61,187 nucleotides of DNA, taken from positions 1 to 61,187 of the IMG/VR virus record IMGVR_UViG_3300027339_000002; one strand, written 5' to 3'. Positions 55,467 through 61,187 of this stretch are shown here, in pieces. Origin of the DNA: a virus. Its lineage: Duplodnaviria; Caudoviricetes. A program made the translations under genes and the position numbers. Numbering within the stretch: the first letter of the stretch is position 1; the number at the start of each line of letters is the position of its first letter. Below the pieces are notes generated by a model, which saw only the letters and a list, made by a program, of their open reading frames with translations, was not told the DNA's origin and made no database searches.

Positions 55467-56160
55467 GGGTCTTCACCTCTTCATACTTGGCGGTCAGCGC
55501 TTCGCGCAAACCTTCGACGGACGTACCGGGGAACGTGCGCATGTAGTCGGTCAGATAGACGTTGTCTTCTGCGCCATCCCACATCTTGATGTACGTGCCT
55601 TCCTTGTAGCCGTTGGCCGCGCGGAACAGGTTCAGCACGTTCTTGCCGATGTACATGATTTCGAGTTCAGCCCAGGTGAGACCGACGCGCTGCATGACCA
55701 CGTTGAAGATCGAAGGAGCCACGAAGCCGAGACCAGCCAGCCCACCGAGGATGTCAACAGACTCGTGCAGTGTCAGCCCGTTGAGGGTGAAGCGACGGCC
55801 AGCGATGTCCACGACAGACATGGCGTCGTGTTCTTCGATCGTGCGGCGAATCACTTCGGCCGCAGTGCCGGAGCTGCCTTGGCAGTCGACGAGATGTTGA
55901 CTCAGCATGAAGTGCCAGATGTCAACGACCTCGAGCTTGGCTTGCTCCATGTCGGGCGCTTGAGCCTTCCACCACTTCCAACCGAGGTGTTCGGTCAGTT
56001 CAGCGGCTTCGACGCGGATCGCTCGCGTGAACGGGTTGTTGGCCGTGAGCCACTGCGGATTGATCTTCAGGTTCAGCGCGTCCTGCAGACCCAGCATGCG
56101 GGTCAGCGAGTCGTGAGAAGGCAGAAACGGAGAAGGCGAAGGAGTCGAGGAAGTCGTCAT
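55441..56160 (-). CDS. dut: dimeric all-alpha dUTPase
   Basis: ML.LQ..LN, EAAEL, WKWWK, LEVVDIWHF, YIGKNVLN.FR..GYKEG.Y.K.W..EDN. Confidence 0.9.
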   Translation of the reverse strand: MTTSSTPSPSPFLPSHDSLTRMLGLQDALNLKINPQWLTANNPFTRAIRVEAAELTEHLGWKWWKAQAPDMEQAKLEVVDIWHFMLSQHLVDCQGSSGTAAEVIRRTIEEHDAMSVVDIAGRRFTLNGLTLHESVDILGGLAGLGFVAPSIFNVVMQRVGLTWAELEIMYIGKNVLNLFRAANGYKEGTYIKMWDGAEDNVYLTDYMRTFPGTSVEGLREALTAKYEEVKTRARHQASS

Positions 56161-56392
56161 GAGTACCTTTCGAAATAGCGCGAAGACGATCGGCGACTTC
56201 GCGCACGACCTGTTCCTTCGCTTTGTTACGCGGGGGCAAAGGCGCCCACGCGAGGTATCTGCCGTCATCAGACCAGCACCCGGTGACACAGATGTGGCCT
56301 TGGGTGAGCAGCAGAACTTTGGAGCCGCCCGGCGGTTTGGCGTCGCCAGCAAGCGGATACTGATATTCAGGGAAGCCATCAATGTGCGGCAT
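56000..56392 (-). CDS. small phage protein (DUF551-like core)
   Basis: PPGGSKVLLLT..G...G.W...AWAPLP; tail overlaps the dUTPase by 161 nt. Confidence 0.55.
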   Translation of the reverse strand: MPHIDGFPEYQYPLAGDAKPPGGSKVLLLTQGHICVTGCWSDDGRYLAWAPLPPRNKAKEQVVREVADRLRAISKGTHDDFLDSFAFSVSAFSRLADPHAGSAGRAEPEDQSAVAHGQQPVHASDPRRSR

Positions 56393-56606
56393 ACGTACCT
56401 CGTTGGATGCGCTTGGCATCACGTACTACGGCGTTGATCGTCACTTCAGGGATCTTGGGGGTACAGGCTACCGTGAGCCTGTGATCAACATCGCTGATCG
56501 TGACCGTGATGTAAACGATGCCACGATCGAACTCATGATCGACCACCACAAAGCCTGCTCTGGTCAGCGCTTTCCGTATTTCGCGTACCAGTTTGTTGAC
56601 GCTCAT
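56379..56606 (-). CDS. hypothetical protein
   Basis: ATGA-coupled; 75 aa. Confidence 0.6.
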   Translation of the reverse strand: MSVNKLVREIRKALTRAGFVVVDHEFDRGIVYITVTISDVDHRLTVACTPKIPEVTINAVVRDAKRIQRGTYAAH

Positions 56607-56824
56607 TCTGGCGCCTCTTCGATGCTGTCGGGCAGAGCCTTGAATTCGACTTCATAGCCTGCCCTGCGCAGTGCTTCTTTCATCTCGTCGATCTGGTTAA
56701 GTACCAAGATCAGCTGCGATGTACGAGCAGACAAACGAGCTTGCAAGCGCTCAATACGCTCTTCAAGCTTTTGGATGCGGCGATTAACTGTCACACGAGC
56801 TCCAACAATCCAAGTTTCAGGCAA
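56603..56824 (-). CDS. coiled-coil hypothetical protein
   Basis: Heptad repeat; start uncertain. Confidence 0.55.
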   Translation of the reverse strand: MPETWIVGARVTVNRRIQKLEERIERLQARLSARTSQLILVLNQIDEMKEALRRAGYEVEFKALPDSIEEAPE

Positions 56825-58077
56825 GTCACGAACACCCGCTGTTGCGCTGCAGAGAGCTGACAGTACTGGATTGGGCCTTCCATCTGCAGCAGTTGTTCGA
56901 CGTTCGTACTATCGAGTGACCGCGTTGCAGCCCGCAGAACTGCATCTGCATCAAGCGCAGTGCGGGCGGCGACGGCAGAACGTGGCATAGGAGCCGTCCA
57001 TGATTCGTAAAGCGACGGAACGCTGCGAGGCTTGAACCGATCGCGTAGATCACGCAACTCAGTAAACAGCTCGGTGTACTTGCGACACACGACCTCGAGC
57101 GAAAGCTCAGAGGCGTAGCGTGCTTTTGCCGCGCGACCGATCTGATCACGCAGCTGCGCGTTTGTGAGTGAGAACAGGTATGAGCAAAGCTGCGGCACAG
57201 AGAAAAAAGTCTGCTCAGCGGCGGCGCGATGGTACGCAGCAGTAGCTCCAGTGAAATCAGGACCGGCGAAAGAAGCGGCGGTCATGCGCAGCAGATACCC
57301 CGATTCACGATGCACGATCATGTCTGAGTGCCCGGCCCATTCCGTAGCGATGACCGGAAGCCCAAGAGACATGGCTTCAGCTGTGGCCATACCAAATGTC
57401 TCTTGGACATTGTCAGACGGCGCGATGTACACATCCGCGCTACCCCAGGCGGCTTGCCACTCTTCTTCATTGGCCCCGTTGAACAGTACAAACTCGACTC
57501 TCGGGAAGCATGCAGCGACTGCCGCCAGCTCGGCTTCATCGTCTGTCGAGCCAACGCCAGCAACAGAATACTGAACAGTTGTGTTGAGCTGTTCAGCGAG
57601 CATCTGCAGCGCGGCGAACACAGGCGCCAGATTGGCTTTGCTCCAAGCCGAAATACGGCCAGCGGTAAGTGCCGTGAACCAGTACTTCTTGTACGGCCGG
57701 ACAACAGGCGCGCGCGTAGGCAGTGGAATAACAGGCAGCTGAACAAGACTGCTGCCCACCAGGGATTGAACAACCCTCTTAGCGGCCGAGGACGTACACA
57801 CGAGCGCGTCGTACGGTTTCAAGCACCCGTAGCTTTGCAGCTCAGCGACCACATGCGGGGTCGACAAGGTGTGAGTCAAGCCACACATGCTGTACCGCTG
57901 AAGACGATGCTTGGCTTGTTCGGTGATGAACGGGTCAGCCCTGAACACGGTGTCTATTGGTGCATCGCTAGGCAACGCAACAGCACCTAGTTCTTGCTTC
58001 AGCAAGGCGTGAACGTTCTCAGTGGCTTTCGACGCGCCGTTAAGAAAGAACCGCTCTTGCGGATAAAACCCGATCAT
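56791..58077 (-). CDS. GT4 (GT-B fold) glycosyltransferase
   Basis: ADVYIAPSDNVQETFGMATAEAMSLGLPVIATEW.G..D (E-x7-E motif). Confidence 0.9.
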   Translation of the reverse strand: MIGFYPQERFFLNGASKATENVHALLKQELGAVALPSDAPIDTVFRADPFITEQAKHRLQRYSMCGLTHTLSTPHVVAELQSYGCLKPYDALVCTSSAAKRVVQSLVGSSLVQLPVIPLPTRAPVVRPYKKYWFTALTAGRISAWSKANLAPVFAALQMLAEQLNTTVQYSVAGVGSTDDEAELAAVAACFPRVEFVLFNGANEEEWQAAWGSADVYIAPSDNVQETFGMATAEAMSLGLPVIATEWAGHSDMIVHRESGYLLRMTAASFAGPDFTGATAAYHRAAAEQTFFSVPQLCSYLFSLTNAQLRDQIGRAAKARYASELSLEVVCRKYTELFTELRDLRDRFKPRSVPSLYESWTAPMPRSAVAARTALDADAVLRAATRSLDSTNVEQLLQMEGPIQYCQLSAAQQRVFVTCLKLGLLELV

Positions 58078-58081
58078 AGGA

Positions 58082-58333
58082 TCAGCCTTTCAGACGCATT
58101 GCGGCGCGTCGTGCGATCTCGTTTTCGATTTCGCGCAGAGTGTCGGTCAGACGACGCGTACCATCGTTTGTTTGATTGAGCATGCGCGCCGCCAGATGGC
58201 AGATGATGTCTTCAGGCAAACTGAAAGTACTAGACCCGGTTGATGTAGATGAATGCTCGAGCAGCGTGAAGCCCGATGTAGCTGGAGCCCTATGAAGGTC
58301 CCAGCACTGCGCTCGTTCAACAACCTCGATCAT
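58082..58333 (-). CDS. small protein with RL tail (RAAMRLKG)
   Basis: ATGA overlap with the ligase stop. Confidence 0.65.
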   Translation of the reverse strand: MIEVVERAQCWDLHRAPATSGFTLLEHSSTSTGSSTFSLPEDIICHLAARMLNQTNDGTRRLTDTLREIENEIARRAAMRLKG

Positions 58334-59241
58334 GGCATGTCAGCCGCGTGCCGCTCACCCAGGTACACCGGGTGGCGGGGTTTGTCCTTCACGCCCACGG
58401 GGAAGAACTTGTACTTGACGATCTTGTTCACCCAGTCCATGCGCGCGCGGTCAGCCGCGGTGAAGCCGGTGCCGATTTCAAACGATACGCCGCTGTGGAT
58501 GTCGCGCACGGCCAGCGCGCCCATGGTGCCCTTGCCAGTCAAACCAGCCTTGGCCTTGCTGCGTTTGGTGCGGCCCAGGTTGTCGGTCTCAGCTTCGTTG
58601 CCGTTGTGCATCTCTTCGATGATGCCCAGCACGACAGCTTCGCTGTCTTCGAAGCGCTTGACCTTGAGCATGTACTGCTCGCGGGCAGTGGAACGGCCAT
58701 GCTTGTACAGGCCCATGCCGCTGCGCAGGATCAAGCCCTCGTAACCCAGGGCGATTTGCTTGGCCTCGTATTCGAGCAGCGCGTCTTCATCGTTGATGTG
58801 AACGTGTTCGTGGACGACGATCTTGACGTTGGCTTCACCTTTGAGGCGAGCAGCGACTTGACGCTCGGTGCCCCACTGCTCCACGTAGTTGCGCACATAG
58901 GCCAGCCGATTACTGAATGCCTCAGGGCGGTCATGCACATCAAACACATGGAACGTGGCTTCGGGCTCACCGGCGTGGCTCATCACCGCTGAGTTCGTCA
59001 CGCGGTACACGTCGTCAGCGGTGGGGGAGCCGACAATCAGTTCACCGTCCAGACCGTCGAACTGAGGCTTGCCCGACAGGGCGGCGAAGATGGCCTTGTT
59101 CGGGATGTCCAACAGCTTGCGGCTGACCAGCCGCTTGTTGAGCACAACGGCACGGATGCCGTCGAGCTTCGGCGATGCGAACAGCGGGTACTGCAGAATC
59201 TTGAAATCAGCCGGCGAAGCCAGCATGGGTTTGAATGACAT
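58330..59241 (-). CDS. lig: ATP-dependent DNA ligase
   Basis: SPKLDGIR, LDGEL, FHVFD, EGLILR, LKVK, IGTGF, RHP; AAGGAG RBS before ATG at 59241. Confidence 0.95.
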   Translation of the reverse strand: MSFKPMLASPADFKILQYPLFASPKLDGIRAVVLNKRLVSRKLLDIPNKAIFAALSGKPQFDGLDGELIVGSPTADDVYRVTNSAVMSHAGEPEATFHVFDVHDRPEAFSNRLAYVRNYVEQWGTERQVAARLKGEANVKIVVHEHVHINDEDALLEYEAKQIALGYEGLILRSGMGLYKHGRSTAREQYMLKVKRFEDSEAVVLGIIEEMHNGNEAETDNLGRTKRSKAKAGLTGKGTMGALAVRDIHSGVSFEIGTGFTAADRARMDWVNKIVKYKFFPVGVKDKPRHPVYLGERHAADMP

Positions 59242-59249
59242 GATGCTCC

Positions 59250-59471
59250 TTAACAATTCCAGTTTTGGATCACTGCCCTGAGTGCATCCAGGTGCAGCGA
59301 CGACCGTGCTTGAGCCGATGCGCGCACATGCGCGATTGCGGCGGGGGCATGCTTGAAGCGGCCTGATGACAGAATGCGTGTGCCTACGCGCTTTGTCCCG
59401 TTCTCGATGACAGAGAATACGCCCCAGCCTTCAGCCAAGGCGGCTGCCTGCATGGCCGGCGTCCACTTCAC
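59250..59471 (-). CDS. small protein, paralog of 59468..59734
   Basis: WTP...AALAEGW...RF....A..HV...AQ; GTGA overlap. Confidence 0.6.
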   Translation of the reverse strand: MKWTPAMQAAALAEGWGVFSVIENGTKRVGTRILSSGRFKHAPAAIAHVRASAQARSSLHLDALRAVIQNWNC

Positions 59472-59734
59472 AGAAGTCGCGCCTTGATCATGAGTGCTAC
59501 GGCTTTTCGGCACGTGCTGTCTCCTTTTTGAGCTTGGTCTGTGACATACCGTTCAGCTTCTTTGCGTGAGCTGAATCGGGTTGTGTGATCAAGCACACGC
59601 GCATGGCGGAATACCATGATGCGGTTGTGCGCCAAGACGTTTAAGCGCCAGCCTTGCTCACGAGCCGCTTCGTGGTTAGAAGGCTCCCAGCCCAAAGCAC
59701 GTAAGCGGAGGTGGATGTCACTGTGTTTGATCAT
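59468..59734 (-). CDS. small protein with RL tail (MIKARLL)
   Basis: WEP...AAREQGW...RF....A..YV..QAQKGD. Confidence 0.65.
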   Translation of the reverse strand: MIKHSDIHLRLRALGWEPSNHEAAREQGWRLNVLAHNRIMVFRHARVLDHTTRFSSRKEAERYVTDQAQKGDSTCRKAVALMIKARLL

Positions 59735-59949
59735 CGCGCAAAGAATCTACGGCGGCCCTCCAGTGCTTGCTGGCAGTGCACGCAGTTGTAAAAGCTGAGC
59801 TTGATACGAGCCTCGGGGATTTCACTCCCGCATTCACAGTGCCCGTCAAACCCTGCGGGCTTTGGTTTTTGCGACCGGGCTTTGTTAATCCCAGTTTCGA
59901 TCTCCGCGCGTGATAGCGCGTCGGCGACTTCCATTTGGTATTCGTCCAT
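59731..59949 (-). CDS. TraR/DksA C4 zinc-finger protein
   Basis: CECGSEIPEAR......CVHCQ. Confidence 0.8.
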   Translation of the reverse strand: MDEYQMEVADALSRAEIETGINKARSQKPKPAGFDGHCECGSEIPEARIKLSFYNCVHCQQALEGRRRFFAR

Positions 59950-60055
59950 CGTCTTTCTTGCGATTAAGCAGGTAGCTCAGCAACAGCGCTGTGGTGACGA
60001 TTTTATAGACCGCGGACATGACGCGGGCCGTGGTGAAAAGGGGTTGAAGATTCAT
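59885..60055 (-). CDS. small putative membrane protein
   Basis: Hand translation MNLQPLFTTARVMSAVYKIVTTALLLSYLLNRKK...; ATGA overlap. Confidence 0.4.
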   Translation of the reverse strand: MNLQPLFTTARVMSAVYKIVTTALLLSYLLNRKKDDGRIPNGSRRRAITRGDRNWD

Positions 60056-60477
60056 GGCATTGTGAACTCGGCGATCGCGGCTGCCAGTTGTTGCTTTGTT
60101 CGAACCAGGGAGTAAAAGACCGATGGCGGCAGGGGCTCTTCCCAGGCCATGTCCTGATAGATGACCCCGCCTTCAGGGCAGCCGACGATGACCCAGACGT
60201 TGCGGCCTTCGTCGTATCGCGCTGCGCCCCACTCGAGCTGTAACGTCGACAACTCAGGCAAGATGAGTGTGGTTTCGCGCGCCGGGATCTTGGGGAGCCA
60301 CTTGTACTCGATCCACAAATCCGTCGACTTGCGCTTTCCGCGTCGCTTGCCCGAGTACCACACGTCCCACGTACCTCCACGGTAAGGGTTGTGCATTTTC
60401 TCGAAGTAGGGCTTGGCCCCATCTTCAAACTTGCGATGCACGGCCGCGATGAAGTTGTTCTCGGGCTTGCTGCTCAT
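60052..60477 (-). CDS. VRR-NUC / Holliday junction resolvase-like nuclease
   Basis: E..F, GTWD, WIEYK, LSTLQLEW, G.NVWVIVG. Confidence 0.8.
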   Translation of the reverse strand: MSSKPENNFIAAVHRKFEDGAKPYFEKMHNPYRGGTWDVWYSGKRRGKRKSTDLWIEYKWLPKIPARETTLILPELSTLQLEWGAARYDEGRNVWVIVGCPEGGVIYQDMAWEEPLPPSVFYSLVRTKQQLAAAIAEFTMP

Positions 60478-60953
60478 CGCCGACCCTTCGCCTTGACGGG
60501 CACAGGCGCCGCGATCACATCGCGCCGGTCGTAGTGCTTGGGGTTCTTGCCCGCGTGCAGAGCCTGCAGATGCGCCACTTGGGGCAGCAAGTTGTCCACC
60601 AATCGCTGATAGCCGTCGTTCGGAGAGAACTGCCGGTCGTCGATCAGCGTGCCGTAGGCCTGAGCATCCACGATGATGGCGAGGCACGCCAAGGCGTTGG
60701 CGAGGTGTGGGTTGTTGGAGTCGAACGCCAGCTCCTGGCCTTCGAACCAGAGGTCCATGTGGCGCTTGAGTGCGGCCACGTAGATCGAGGCGTAGACCGG
60801 CGTGGCACGCCAGTTCAAACGTCCGTACTTGCCCATGCCTTCCAGCAAGCCCAAGCACCCCATGGCCGTCGCTGTCGCGGGCCACAGGTGCAGGGGCAGC
60901 TTGGCACGGCCAGCGGCATCCTTGGGGTTGGCGGCGTCGTGCATGGTGCTCAC
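60474..60953 (-). CDS. dATP/dGTP diphosphohydrolase-domain protein (DUF5664-like)
   Basis: NPKD..G..K.PL.L.P, G..KYG..NWR, A..RH...W..G....DS..PHLA.A. Confidence 0.85.
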   Translation of the reverse strand: MSTMHDAANPKDAAGRAKLPLHLWPATATAMGCLGLLEGMGKYGRLNWRATPVYASIYVAALKRHMDLWFEGQELAFDSNNPHLANALACLAIIVDAQAYGTLIDDRQFSPNDGYQRLVDNLLPQVAHLQALHAGKNPKHYDRRDVIAAPVPVKAKGRR

Positions 60954-61187
60954 TTCTTGTTCAGTTCGGCCCAGATGAGGTGGGCGTGTTGGGCTTGAGC
61001 GATGGCGTCGCTCAACGCGTTGTGCTTCACAGCTGCTTCAGGTTTGCCCGCGCGTTTAGCTGCTGGCAAGTTCTTCAGCGTGCGGAAGCAGCGGTTGTTC
61101 CAGAACTTCCAGGGCAGCTCCCAGCCGAACGACTTGACGGCATGGTGCAGCATAGGGATGTCGAAATCCGCACCGTTGCTCCACACG
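60950..61187 (-). CDS. DEDDh 3'-5' exonuclease (Rv2179c-like), N-terminus outside the window
   Basis: WSNGADFD..L, PWKFW..RC.RT, HNALSDA..QA. Confidence 0.85.
   Translation of the reverse strand, partial: VWSNGADFDIPMLHHAVKSFGWELPWKFWNNRCFRTLKNLPAAKRAGKPEAAVKHNALSDAIAQAQHAHLIWAELNKK

Noticed and set aside
60474-60953. Z-base (2-aminoadenine) genome
   Set aside because: No PurZ in the window, and this domain alone is not diagnostic
1-61187. Prophage or temperate lifestyle
   Set aside because: No integrase, CI-like repressor, att sites or host genes in the window; the missing segment leaves this not fully excluded

Overview
The window is most of the genome of a high-GC, probably lytic, tailed phage with podovirus-type head genes. 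Holin, SAR endolysin and spanins point to a Gram-negative host. Both ends cut through minus-strand replication genes (family A DNA polymerase exonuclease domain on the left, DEDD exonuclease on the right), so part of the replication region lies outside the window. The minus-strand early/replication block (1-22.8 kb and 54.7-61.2 kb) encodes an SNF2 helicase, a PD-(D/E)XK nuclease, an AAA+ ATPase with a vWA-metallopeptidase partner, a primase-helicase, DNA ligase, a dimeric dUTPase, a GT4 glycosyltransferase, a dATP/dGTP diphosphohydrolase and many small ORFs. The plus-strand late block (23.1-54.4 kb) encodes terminases, portal, scaffold, a Tad1-like protein, a beta-helix spike, major capsid protein, lysis cassette, tail proteins and a 1998-aa internal virion protein. 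The main unexplained signal is a shared C-terminal helix ending in a hydrophobic-x-x-[RK]-L motif on about 25 small proteins; 12 of these form a translationally coupled tandem paralog array, and similar motifs sit inside the ligase and helicase. Also notable are two homologous origin-like elements 35 kb apart and a dual-coding 5' end of terL. All family assignments are motif recognition by eye, not database searches.
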